DNA of 64,000 nucleotides. It comes from Planctomycetota bacterium. Its GTDB lineage: Bacteria > Planctomycetota > GCA-002687715 > CAIWVZ01. Location of the stretch: NCBI GenBank assembly GCA_044222185.1, contig JBGANV010000005.1:192001-256000 (forward strand). The letters are read 5' to 3'. Shown here piece by piece: positions 29,590-39,076 of this stretch. Numbering within the stretch: position 1 is the stretch's first letter; each line of letters opens with the position of its first letter. The position numbers and the translations under genes are program-made. Below the pieces are notes generated by a model. It was not told where the DNA came from, did no database searches, and saw only the letters and a program-made list of their open reading frames with translations.

Positions 29590-32439
29590 TCAGCTCGCGG
29601 CGACGCCGCCGGAGTCGCTGACGACGCGCGGCCCGGGCGCATCGAGCACGGCACGGATGCCTCGCCCGAGGTCGTCCGTCGTGAACGGTTTCTGTAGGAA
29701 TCCGGAGCCGCCATCGAGGTCGCCGGATCGGATGACGTCGGCGCTGTAGCCGGACATGTAGAGGACACGGATTCCCGGGCGCTGCAAACGGACGGCTTGC
29801 GCGAGCGCCTGGCCGTTCGCATCTGCCATCAGGACATCCGTGAGCAGCAGTTGGATCGTCCGCGGCTCGCTTCGTGCAATCGTCATGGCCTCCTGGAACG
29901 ACGACGCGACGAGTGGGTCGTATCCCAGGTGCTGCAGCAGGCGAACCACGGTTTGCCTCACGAGTTCCTCGTCCTCGACGACGAGCACGGTCTCGCGCCC
30001 GCCGACCGTCGGCGGCGGCGGCGCCTTCGTCGCGGCAGAGACCTCGGCGCCCTGGTGGCGTGGAACGTAGACCTCGAACGTGGCACCGCGCCCCGGCTGG
30101 CTCTGGACCGTCACGTGCCCACCAGCCTGCTTGACGGCCCCGTAGGCGCTCGCGAGCCCCAAACCCGTGCCCTGCCCCGGGCCTTTCGTCGTGAAGAACG
30201 GCTCGAATATCCGCGGCAGGACCTCGGGGGGAATCCCCGAGCCCGTATCCGCGATCGACAGCACGACGAAGTCGCCGCGCCGGATCTCGGGTGGAGCACC
30301 CTGGCGGTCGTTGCCGACGGTCACGTTGCGCGTCGACAGCGTGAGGGTGCCGCCGTCGGGCATCGCGTCCCTCGCGTTCAGCGCCATGTTCAGGATCACG
30401 TTCTCGAATTGGGTCGGGTCGACGGAAACACGCCAGAGATTCGGCGCGACGGACACCCGCACGGTGACGTTCTCCGGGAACACCCGACGAAGCATCGACT
30501 CGGCCTCTCCCACCATCACGTTCAGGTCGACGACTCGCGGGTCCACCACGTGGCGACGGGAGAACGCGAGGAGCTTGCCCGTGAGCGACGCGGCGCGCTC
30601 GGCCGCGTGTTCCGCGCGCTCGAGTTCGGCTCGCAGTTCCGGGAGCTCGCGAAGCCTCGGGATCGCCAGATGCAAGCTGCCGAGGATGACCGTGATGAGG
30701 TTGTTGAAGTCGTGGGAGATGCCACCTGCGAGTCGGCCCACGCTCTCCAACCGGCGCGCCTGGATCAGGTCCTCCTCCAGCTTGCGGATCTCGGTCACGT
30801 CGCTGGCGTTGCCGACGACGCGCACGACCGTTCCGGAGCCGTCGCGAACGGCGGTCCCGCGATCCCACAGCTGGCGCCAGTCTCCGTCGCGCCCACGAAT
30901 GCGATATCCGCATGCGTAGGAGCCCGGCCCGCCGATCCCGTCCATGATCCGGTTTCGTGCGGCGTCCCGATCGTCGGGATGGATGCGGGCGAACCACCAT
31001 GTGCCGACACGCGGCACGTCTTGAGCCTCCATGCCGAGGACCTTCTCCGTGGCGCCCAGCGTGAAGCGTGACCCGAGCGTCAGGTCCCACTCGTAGATGA
31101 TCGACTCGCTCGCGTCCGCCGCCAGCCGAAACCGATCGTTCGACCTCGACAGCTCGCTCGCGAGCATCTCGCGCTCGAGTTGGAGTTTCCGGCGGGCAGT
31201 GACGTCGTGGACGACGAGCACGGCGCCGTGAATGGCGCCGGTTTCGCTCCGAATGGGCGCGGCCGAATCCTCGATGGCGATCCGCGCCCCGCTGCGCGAC
31301 TCGAGCACCGTGTGGTCCTCAAGTTCGACGACCCGTCCCTCGGCGATCGCCGCTTTCGTCGGAAGTTCTCGCGGCTCACCAGTCATCTCGTCGCGGATGA
31401 CGAAGATCTCGTCGAGCCACTTCTCCCGCGCGTCGGACGTCTGCCACCCGGTGAGATCCTCGGCCGTCGGGTTCAAGTAGGTCACCCTGCCGTGCTGGTC
31501 GGTGGTGATGACGGCGTCACCGATGCTCCTGAGCGTCGTCGAAAGGCGGGTGGCGAGTTCCTGGGCGACGGCGTGAGCCATGCGTCGCGCGGCGTCCTCT
31601 CGGTTCACCCGCTGCGCCGTCGTCCAAACGACCGCACAAATCACGACGATCGTCGCCGTGACGAACAGCCCGCGATCGAACACGTCGTCGTACAGGCCGA
31701 ATCTCACCCCGAGGCCGCAGACGCCCGCCATGACCCAGGGAATGAGGATCGCAGCGGGGAGGATTCGCCGTGCCAGGGTTCCGCCCGCACTCCCCGAAAA
31801 CAGAAGCTGGACGACCGCGTCCGAGGGCGAACTCACGAGAGCCGCCAGGCCGAGCAGCGACAGGCACACCGGCGTGTGGATGGCGACCGAATAAAACGCC
31901 GGAACCCGGTAGAGGGACTCGACGCCGAACGAGTAGCCCGCCAGGCCGGGGATCGCGGCGACGATTGCCGCCGCCGCCGCAACCTGGCGCACCTGCGCAA
32001 CCCGGGGATTGCTACTGCCGCGAAGGAGCAGGGATATGGCGATCAGCACCAGCGTGAGGCTCGTGCTCGAGGGCATCTGCATGGAATCCGACCCCGCCGC
32101 GGCCGTGGCGCCACCGAGCCCCCAGTCGTCGATGCCGAAGTCCTTGCCGGAGAGAGCCTCGACGAGAGAAAGGGCGGCGAGAAGGAAGACGGCGGTCGCG
32201 CAGGCGTTCGCGGCCCAGTTGGCCCAGCCGTGTCGGCCGCGGCTTCCGAGCCACACCGCCGCGGCGGCAAGGATGATCGCGAGCGAGGTGTTCGGCTTCT
32301 GCGTCGCGAAGGTCGGGACGAACCGGGTGAGGATGTCCAAGCCGAGGATCCAGCCGGAGAGCGAAACGAGCGCCAGAACCGCCGCAACCGCCGCGCTCCA
32401 GGTCGCCACCCGTATCGCCGACGCGTTCCCGGGCTGCAT
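29590..32439 (-). CDS. Membrane PAS hybrid sensor histidine kinase (CckA-like HisKA-HATPase-REC)
   Basis: Multiple TM helices, two PAS domains, H-box LAGGISHDFNN, NARDAM, FEPFFTTK..G.GTGLGL, C-terminal REC (LLTDVLM). Confidence 0.93.
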   Translation of the reverse strand: MQPGNASAIRVATWSAAVAAVLALVSLSGWILGLDILTRFVPTFATQKPNTSLAIILAAAAVWLGSRGRHGWANWAANACATAVFLLAALSLVEALSGKDFGIDDWGLGGATAAAGSDSMQMPSSTSLTLVLIAISLLLRGSSNPRVAQVRQVAAAAAIVAAIPGLAGYSFGVESLYRVPAFYSVAIHTPVCLSLLGLAALVSSPSDAVVQLLFSGSAGGTLARRILPAAILIPWVMAGVCGLGVRFGLYDDVFDRGLFVTATIVVICAVVWTTAQRVNREDAARRMAHAVAQELATRLSTTLRSIGDAVITTDQHGRVTYLNPTAEDLTGWQTSDAREKWLDEIFVIRDEMTGEPRELPTKAAIAEGRVVELEDHTVLESRSGARIAIEDSAAPIRSETGAIHGAVLVVHDVTARRKLQLEREMLASELSRSNDRFRLAADASESIIYEWDLTLGSRFTLGATEKVLGMEAQDVPRVGTWWFARIHPDDRDAARNRIMDGIGGPGSYACGYRIRGRDGDWRQLWDRGTAVRDGSGTVVRVVGNASDVTEIRKLEEDLIQARRLESVGRLAGGISHDFNNLITVILGSLHLAIPRLRELPELRAELERAEHAAERAASLTGKLLAFSRRHVVDPRVVDLNVMVGEAESMLRRVFPENVTVRVSVAPNLWRVSVDPTQFENVILNMALNARDAMPDGGTLTLSTRNVTVGNDRQGAPPEIRRGDFVVLSIADTGSGIPPEVLPRIFEPFFTTKGPGQGTGLGLASAYGAVKQAGGHVTVQSQPGRGATFEVYVPRHQGAEVSAATKAPPPPTVGGRETVLVVEDEELVRQTVVRLLQHLGYDPLVASSFQEAMTIARSEPRTIQLLLTDVLMADANGQALAQAVRLQRPGIRVLYMSGYSADVIRSGDLDGGSGFLQKPFTTDDLGRGIRAVLDAPGPRVVSDSGGVAAS

Positions 32440-32730
32440 GGCGCCGCCCTCACGTGCGTCCGTATCCGCTGTGCTCACGACAACCTCCGTCGAATCGGCC
32501 CAACCTGTGGCGGATCCTACACTGAAACTGAAAATCTGTCTCAACGCCGTCCGGCGTTTTCAGCCTCCTCGCGCTCCGCCCCCCCGGCGGACCCAAAACC
32601 GTCGAATTCCCACCCCTCGCTGAACCGCTGCGACGCACTCGCGTTTACCAAGGCATTCAGCAGGTTCCCCGCCAGACCTCTGCGGCAAGTCCCCGGAGGC
32701 ACGAACCGGCCCACAGGAGTCACTCAGCCA

Positions 32731-33498
32731 ATGGAATCCGTCATCGTGGAACGCCGCGCCGGTCACACCGGCTTCACGCTCGTCGAACTCGTCGTCGTGA
32801 TGGCCGTTCTTGCCGTCCTTTCAGGCCTCATCCTCCCGAAACTGGACGTGTTCAAGCTCAAGGCCAACAAGTCGGCGTCGGCGTCCAACATGCACGGCGT
32901 GACCCGCTTCGTCACGCAGTACAAGGTCCAGAAGGACCTGTTCCCGGACGGCTGGGATTCCCTCATGGACGTGGCGTCGACCAGCACGCTGTTCTCGGCC
33001 CTCGATCCGCAATGCACCGGCTCGACTCCCGGATCGCCGGTGAAGCTGACGACGACCACGATCGCCGACCAGAATGAACTGCGCTCGCTGCAACGCGTCG
33101 GGATCACGACCGTGTTCGATCACAGCACCGGAACGTTCCCCCCGGACAGCGCCAACGGCGCGCCCCGGCTGCTCCAAGTCGGCGACACGCTGGCGACGAT
33201 CAACGCGGCCGATCCTGACGGCCAGGCGGTCATCTCCCAGCTCTACGCCGCCAACGCCGGGGTCATTCCCTCGAACCGCAAGGTCGTGGTGTTCGGTCTC
33301 GGACCGCGCAACCAGATCGTGGGCAACGAGCTGCACGAGGCGCCGTTCTACGCCAACACGGATCAGAACTCCTATTACAGCCGCTTCTTCGTGGTGTTCG
33401 AGTTGAGCTCGACGGGCGGCCGTGCGCGCCTCGTCGGCACTCTCGGATCCGATGGCGACACGATCGGCGAGGAGATCGCCGACTTCTACCAGAACTGA
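32731..33498 (+). CDS. Prepilin-type N-terminal cleavage/methylation protein (type IV pilin/pseudopilin-like)
   Basis: G|FTLVELVVVMAVLAVLSGLILP class III signal; 3' part of ORF 31180..33498. Confidence 0.88.
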   Translation: MESVIVERRAGHTGFTLVELVVVMAVLAVLSGLILPKLDVFKLKANKSASASNMHGVTRFVTQYKVQKDLFPDGWDSLMDVASTSTLFSALDPQCTGSTPGSPVKLTTTTIADQNELRSLQRVGITTVFDHSTGTFPPDSANGAPRLLQVGDTLATINAADPDGQAVISQLYAANAGVIPSNRKVVVFGLGPRNQIVGNELHEAPFYANTDQNSYYSRFFVVFELSSTGGRARLVGTLGSDGDTIGEEIADFYQN

Positions 33499-33606
33499 CG
33501 CCGCGCGCGCTGCGGCGCGGCCACCCGCCGCGCCGCGCGCGAACCCGCGCTGGGGCGCGCCTTCGCCGCTGCCTCGCCCACCATCCGACCGCCGCTCGGA
33601 TGGCGC

Positions 33607-33635
33607 TTGACACGGACGACTTTGCAGTGCAAAGT
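33607..33635 (+). promoter_or_regulatory. Promoter with palindromic operator 1
   Basis: TTGACA at 33607; ACTTTGCAGTGCAAAGT at 33619-33635 overlaps the expected -10 position. Confidence 0.75.
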
Positions 33636-33661
33636 GCTCTCGACCCAATCGGGAGTCCCGC

Positions 33662-34285
33662 ATGGAAGTCGCCGACGCACTCGATCGCATCTCCCACATC
33701 CACGCACAGCTCGCGAAGACCGAGGTCTACCGTGGATCGCGGCCATGGCCGATTCTCGCCGCGGGCGTCGTCGGGTTCGCGGCGGCCGCCGCCCAGCCAC
33801 ACGTCGTCCCCCTGGGGGATGGCCGCGGTTTCGTCTCCTACTGGACGGTCGTGGGATCAATCGCCGCAGTCGTCTCGGCTTTCGAGATCGTCGTCGGGTA
33901 CGCCCGTCCTCGGTCGGACGTGGCGCGGCGCGGCACGCGCATCGTCGTCTCGCAATTTGCTCCGGCGCTCGTCGCCGGAGCCATCCTCACCGTGGCGATC
34001 GGTCGTACACCGGACGCCATCCCGCTACTCCCCGGCCTCTGGGCCGTCGTCTTCGCCCTCGGGCTGTTTGCCCTACGGCCCTATGCGCCGCGCGGCACCG
34101 GCTGGGTCGCACTTTTCTACCTCTGCGCCGGCGGTTTGATGCTCACTGGCACGGTGGACGACGCGAGCCTCGGAGGGTGGCGTGTCGGCGGAGTCTTCGG
34201 CGTCGGGCAATTGGCGGCGGCATTCGTCATGCACCGGGATCTGAAGAGGGATCGACATGCAGAAGAAGCCGCGCCGCAGCTCTGA
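33662..34285 (+). CDS. Multi-pass membrane protein, probable partner of the downstream regulator
   Basis: GGGAG RBS; ALDRISHIHAQLAKTEVYRG followed by ~6 TM helices; overlaps the next gene. Confidence 0.8.
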   Translation: MEVADALDRISHIHAQLAKTEVYRGSRPWPILAAGVVGFAAAAAQPHVVPLGDGRGFVSYWTVVGSIAAVVSAFEIVVGYARPRSDVARRGTRIVVSQFAPALVAGAILTVAIGRTPDAIPLLPGLWAVVFALGLFALRPYAPRGTGWVALFYLCAGGLMLTGTVDDASLGGWRVGGVFGVGQLAAAFVMHRDLKRDRHAEEAAPQL

Positions 34286-34649
34286 TACGGGCCGGTTCTC
34301 CTATGACGGTCTCGACCGCGTCCTCCACGAGAAGGCGCGCCTCGGGATCATGACGTCGCTCACGACGCGGCCGGAAGGACTCGTCTTCTCCGAGCTGAAG
34401 CAACTCTGCGCGCTCACGGACGGCAACCTCGCGCGTCACCTCGAAGTGCTCGCCGACGCTGGCCTCGTTCAAAGCTGGAAGGGGACCGACGGCAGCCGCC
34501 CGCTGACGCTGCTTCGAGTCACCGCGTCCGGGCGCGAACGGTTCCTCGAATACCTCGGCGAACTGGAGCGCGTTCTTCGCGATGCGCAGGGCGCGGCGCA
34601 GTCCCGACGGGCGATCGGCGGCGTGCCGCCGGGATTCGTCTCCGCCTGA
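34257..34649 (+). CDS. Winged-helix transcriptional regulator (MarR/ArsR-like, HTH_34 type)
   Basis: LDRVLHEKARLGIMTSL...FSELKQLCALTDGNLARHLEVL..AGLV...T..GR..F..Y. Confidence 0.9.
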   Translation: MQKKPRRSSDTGRFSYDGLDRVLHEKARLGIMTSLTTRPEGLVFSELKQLCALTDGNLARHLEVLADAGLVQSWKGTDGSRPLTLLRVTASGRERFLEYLGELERVLRDAQGAAQSRRAIGGVPPGFVSA

Positions 34650-34692
34650 TCGGGAGTTCGGCATCAACGGGACTCGAACACCATGCCGAATC

Positions 34693-34709
34693 ACTTTGCA
34701 ATACAAAGT
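34693..34709. promoter_or_regulatory. Palindromic operator 2
   Basis: ACTTTGCAATACAAAGT, 15/17 identical to operator 1, upstream of the ispH fusion. Confidence 0.75.
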
Positions 34710-34741
34710 AACTCGTCACGAAACTGATGGAGGAACGTGAG

Positions 34742-37126
34742 ATGGACGTCCTGAAAGCCCGGTTCGCTGGCATGTGTTTCGGCGTTCGCGACGCGCTCGC
34801 GGCAACGGAGGAAATCCGCGATCCGGCTGCGGTCACGATCTTCGGCGAACTCGTCCACAATGGCGAGGTCCGAACGCGACTGTCGAGGCGAGGCTTCGCG
34901 CAGGTTGCCGAGTCCGAGCGCGAGAGGATCCCTTCGACGCCCAAGGTGCTCATCACGGCGCATGGGATCAGCGATGGGCAGAGGGATCAGCTCGAGCGCG
35001 CCGGCAAGACACTGGTGGACACGACCTGCCCGCTCGTGCGGGACGTCCACGCTGCCGCGCGCCGCTTCCGCGACGATGGCCGATTCGTCGTGATCCTCGG
35101 GCGCAAGGGTCACGTGGAGGTCCAGGGAGTCACGGGTGATCTGACGCGGTTCATCGTCGTGGAATCGGAGGCAGACATCGCGTCCTGGGGCGAGCCGCGA
35201 ATCGGGATCGTGTGCCAGAGCACGCTCCCACCGGTCGCTTCTGAGTCGCTTCGGGCGGGCATCTCGGCGGCGAATCCCGGTAGCGACGTGGCATTCGCCG
35301 ACACCATCTGCCTGCCGACACGCCAGCGGCAGTGGGCGGTCGGCGAGATCCTCGACCGGATCGACGCGCTCGTCGTCGTCGGCGGACGCAACTCGAACAA
35401 CACGCTTCAGCTCGTGACGCTCGCTCGCAACCACGGCGTTCCCGCCGTCCACGTGGAGACCGCGGACGACCTCTCCGTCGAGGCGTTCCGCGGATGCCGC
35501 GTCGTCGGGCTGACGGCCGGGACATCGACGCTCGACCGCACGATCGACGAAGTCCACGCCGCGCTCGCGCGCATGACTCCAGCGTCGGCGACGATTCCAG
35601 GCCGCCCGCCATTCGACCCGCCGTCGATGCACGAGGCGCCGCCTCTGCCGGAGGTCTCCGACCCAACTCCGCCGAAGTCGCGTCACGCGCTGCTCCTGAA
35701 CCCCTTCTACCCGAAGGCTCCTCACGCGAGTTTCGGCAAGCACGTCCTCACTCCGTCCCTCGCATTGACCTCCATCGCCGCCGCGACACCCGACGACTGG
35801 ACGGTCAGCTACTGGGACGAGAATCTCCTCCAGGGACCTCCGCCCCTCGATCCGTTCCCGGAAGTCGTCGGCATCACCGTCCATCTCACTTTCGCGCGGC
35901 GGGCGTACGAGCTCGCGCGATGGTTTCGCTCGCACGGGGCAAAGGTCGTGCTCGGCGGACTGCACGTGACGACCTGCCCCGACGAGGCAGCCGCAAATGC
36001 CGACGCGATCGCACTCGGCGAAGGCGTGCAAGTCTGGCCTCGGATCCTCGCGGACGCGGCCTGCGGACGCCTTCAGCGCGTGTATCGCGGGACGTTCCGC
36101 CAGGCCTACGCGAACGCCCCCTCTCCCCGGCGCGACATACTCCCGCAGCGTTCGTTCCTCACGACCGCGAGCCTCATCGCAACGCGCGGATGCCACAACC
36201 GATGCGACTTCTGCTACCTGGCGACGAACGGCCTCGACATCCCGTACCAGATGCGCGACCCGGAGGACGTGGTCCGCGAATTCCTCGCGACCGATGAGCC
36301 GTACGGAGTCTTCATCGACAACAACCTCGGTTCACGGCCGTCCTACCTGCGCGCGCTGTGCGCAACGCTGGAGCCGGCCGACCGGATCTGGAGCGCCGCC
36401 GTGACGATCGACGTCGCCGACGATCCCGCGCTCGTTCGTGCCATGGCGCTTGCAGGCTGCACGGGAGTGTTCATCGGCTTCGAATCGCTCGATGGCGCCA
36501 ACCTGGATGACGCCGGCAAGCGGTCCCCGCGCCCGGCGGACTACCTGCGCCGGGTCGAGATCTTCCATGCCAACGGGATCCAGGTGAACGGGAGCTTCGT
36601 CCTTGGATTCGATCATGACGGCCCGGACGTCTTCGAGCGCACGGTCGACTGGATCGAGCGCGCACGGCTCGAGTGCGCCACGTTCCACATCCTCACGCCG
36701 TATCCGGGAACGCCCCTGTTCGAGGCCATGGAGCGCGACGGTCGCATCCTTCACCGGAACTGGGGCCTCTATGACACGGCTCACGCGGTCTTCCGGCCCC
36801 GTCACATGTCCGCGACGATGCTCGAGCGCGGATACGCGTGGTGCTATCGCCGCCTGTTCTCGCACCGCTCCATCTGGCGCCGGCGCCCGCAGCGCTTCGC
36901 GGAGCTGCCTGGATACCTCGCGATGTCGTACCTGTACAAACGCGCGAACCGCGTCTGGCCGCTCCTGATCCGCCATCAGCTCACACACGCGGTGTGGCGG
37001 CCGCTGGTCGAAGCCGCCCGCCGACGCCACCTGCGATTTCGTCGGGTCCTTCGGGCCGCGCATTCCGGCTCGTGCGAACGCCGCACGCTCCACACGGGCG
37101 TCGCCTCGGTACCGACGATCAGTTGA
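34742..37126 (+). CDS. ispH: IspH (HMBPP reductase) fused to a cobalamin-binding radical SAM enzyme
   Basis: GGAGG RBS. IspH motifs GMCFGV, LVHN, AHG, DTTCPLV, GHVEV, QST, DTIC, NSNNT, AGTST. Pro-rich linker, B12-binding region (VVLGGLHVT), RGCHNRCDFC, IGFES, LTPYPGT. Confidence 0.9.
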   Translation: MDVLKARFAGMCFGVRDALAATEEIRDPAAVTIFGELVHNGEVRTRLSRRGFAQVAESERERIPSTPKVLITAHGISDGQRDQLERAGKTLVDTTCPLVRDVHAAARRFRDDGRFVVILGRKGHVEVQGVTGDLTRFIVVESEADIASWGEPRIGIVCQSTLPPVASESLRAGISAANPGSDVAFADTICLPTRQRQWAVGEILDRIDALVVVGGRNSNNTLQLVTLARNHGVPAVHVETADDLSVEAFRGCRVVGLTAGTSTLDRTIDEVHAALARMTPASATIPGRPPFDPPSMHEAPPLPEVSDPTPPKSRHALLLNPFYPKAPHASFGKHVLTPSLALTSIAAATPDDWTVSYWDENLLQGPPPLDPFPEVVGITVHLTFARRAYELARWFRSHGAKVVLGGLHVTTCPDEAAANADAIALGEGVQVWPRILADAACGRLQRVYRGTFRQAYANAPSPRRDILPQRSFLTTASLIATRGCHNRCDFCYLATNGLDIPYQMRDPEDVVREFLATDEPYGVFIDNNLGSRPSYLRALCATLEPADRIWSAAVTIDVADDPALVRAMALAGCTGVFIGFESLDGANLDDAGKRSPRPADYLRRVEIFHANGIQVNGSFVLGFDHDGPDVFERTVDWIERARLECATFHILTPYPGTPLFEAMERDGRILHRNWGLYDTAHAVFRPRHMSATMLERGYAWCYRRLFSHRSIWRRRPQRFAELPGYLAMSYLYKRANRVWPLLIRHQLTHAVWRPLVEAARRRHLRFRRVLRAAHSGSCERRTLHTGVASVPTIS

Positions 37127-38357
37127 ACGTGACGCGAACGACCGGGGTGGTCCGGACCTGGAACGCCGGATTGAACGCCACGCCCATGAGGTCGAGGGTC
37201 AGGCCCGGTGCGAGAGACCCTGGCCCGAAGGAGAGCGGACTTGCGGGGAACAGGCTGGATGGAGTCACGGGCCACGTCCAATGGATGGGGCTTCCGGGCA
37301 CGGCCGTGGGAAAGGCCGTCACGAGCGCCGTCGTGAAGGCGTCGGGATTCAGCCCGAACAGGAAGCCCGCGCCTACGGGGAGCGAGACATCGAGGCTGGC
37401 TGCCGTGAAGCCCTCGATCGTGCCCGCAGGTACGCCGGTGATCGCGAGCGTCGCGGCGCCGGCCCCGAGCGGCGTCGCCGTGAGGCGGAACGGCGGAACG
37501 ACGGGGCTCGCGCCAGTTGCCGCACCGATGACGCCCGTCGCGTTGCCCAAGAGCTGCGCCGAGCCTCCCGCATTCGGGACGCGATAAATGTCGCCGAAGC
37601 TGGCACCGACGATGAAGTTGCCGTTGGCATCGACGTCGAGAGAGTTGGGGCCGGGCGTTGCGCCGGAGGGACATAGGTTGGTCAGCACGCCACCGGCATC
37701 GAACCGCACGATCCGGTTCACCGTCAACAGCGCGCCGCACGGTCGTCCCGTGACGGGATCCATGGCAAGCCCGCTCACCGACGAGGACCCGGCGGTCCAT
37801 CCGCTGGCGAAGGGCTGCGGCACGGAGCTGCCGGCGGGGATCCGGAAGACTGCGTTGTTGGCACCGACGTAGATGTCGCCCGAGATCGGATCGAAAACGC
37901 CCGAGTTCAACGCGGTTCCCCAAGGCTGCGCGCCGGCGGTGATGGGCGTGATCGCGCCGTTGGACGGATTCAGGCGGTACACCTGCTGCGTGCCCGAGTC
38001 GGCGACGACGACGGATGGTCCGTCGAACGACATCTGGGCGATCACGCCGACGCTCGCCGGGATCAGCGCGTAGGTCGCAGTCGTGGTGCCCGTGATCGTG
38101 ACGCGGCCCACGAACCCGACGCCGCCGACGAGGAACGAGTTGGCAGTCGACGGGTCGTACAGGATGGCCTGGGTGGTGCCCGTCCCCCCAAAGCTCCCGA
38201 TGTTGAACACCGTCGCCCCGCCCGCCGCACGAAGAAGCGTGAACGACGTTGTCGAGAATCCCGTGACCCCGATGTCTCCCGGCGCCAACTGGGCCGACGA
38301 GTGCGAGGCGAGCAGGAGTGCCGACGCGGCCACGAAACAGAACGCGTGACGGTTCAT
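37119..38357 (-). CDS. Secreted beta-propeller protein with a C-terminal domain
   Basis: Signal peptide ending SSAQ; NHL/SMP-30-like repeats (VVADSG, DPISGDIYVG, DVDANGNFIVG). Confidence 0.75.
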   Translation of the reverse strand: MNRHAFCFVAASALLLASHSSAQLAPGDIGVTGFSTTSFTLLRAAGGATVFNIGSFGGTGTTQAILYDPSTANSFLVGGVGFVGRVTITGTTTATYALIPASVGVIAQMSFDGPSVVVADSGTQQVYRLNPSNGAITPITAGAQPWGTALNSGVFDPISGDIYVGANNAVFRIPAGSSVPQPFASGWTAGSSSVSGLAMDPVTGRPCGALLTVNRIVRFDAGGVLTNLCPSGATPGPNSLDVDANGNFIVGASFGDIYRVPNAGGSAQLLGNATGVIGAATGASPVVPPFRLTATPLGAGAATLAITGVPAGTIEGFTAASLDVSLPVGAGFLFGLNPDAFTTALVTAFPTAVPGSPIHWTWPVTPSSLFPASPLSFGPGSLAPGLTLDLMGVAFNPAFQVRTTPVVRVTFN

Positions 38358-38517
38358 TCGCATCTCCGAGATCGACCCGACGGCGTTCCGGCCTGCGGCG
38401 GCGAAAATGCCTGGCGGCAGGAGGAATCGACGAGTCCGTTTCCAGCGGGGCAGAGCGCGCCGCGCGGGCGCAGGCGGCACATCATAGCGAGCGGCCCTCG
38501 CGCGCCCGCCCCGCCGC

Positions 38518-39015
38518 TCAGCAGATTCCCGTTTCCTGACGCCGCTGTTCTGCGAGGAAGCCGATGATGGCTCCCGCACCCGCCCAGAAGATCCAGGCGA
38601 ACATGAAGCGGATCCGAAGCGCGCTTCCCAGGCTCACCGGCTCGAAGAGCGCCACGAAGCGAAAAAGGTGCGCGGCGAGGCTCGCGAGGATCAATCCCCC
38701 ACCGAACGTTCCGACTCCCCCCAGCTGCGAGTGCTCACGCGCGACGACCCGCCGACCGAGCCACGCGCCCAACCCGCCCCAGCATGGGTAGATCCACGCG
38801 GGCACGACGGCGATCAACGGGAGGAAGAGGAGCGCCGATACGCATCCGACGATCGCGCCCTGCCGCAGTGCGAGCGCCTCTCGGCGTGCCGCGTTGCGGA
38901 TCGCCACGTCCTCACGATCCCACTTGTCCAAGAGCTTGCGCTGGGCTTCTGCGGGAAGCTCCTCAAACCGGAGCGGCGGGGGATCTTTGACCGTCTCGAC
39001 CATCTCCCATCGCAT
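38518..39015 (-). CDS. Hypothetical membrane protein
   Basis: Charged N-terminus, then 3-4 hydrophobic helices; follows the M28 peptidase on the same strand. Start is uncertain (39015 or 39003). Confidence 0.6.
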   Translation of the reverse strand: MRWEMVETVKDPPPLRFEELPAEAQRKLLDKWDREDVAIRNAARREALALRQGAIVGCVSALLFLPLIAVVPAWIYPCWGGLGAWLGRRVVAREHSQLGGVGTFGGGLILASLAAHLFRFVALFEPVSLGSALRIRFMFAWIFWAGAGAIIGFLAEQRRQETGIC

Positions 39016-39076
39016 CGACAGCACCCCGCCCGAAGCTGAACGGCAGGTGTCGGTCGAAGCACTGGTCGAGACCTCG

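Noticed and set aside
31180-32730. Long N-terminal extension of the pilin ORF
   Set aside because: It is antisense to the histidine kinase, and the prepilin motif must lie near the N-terminus.
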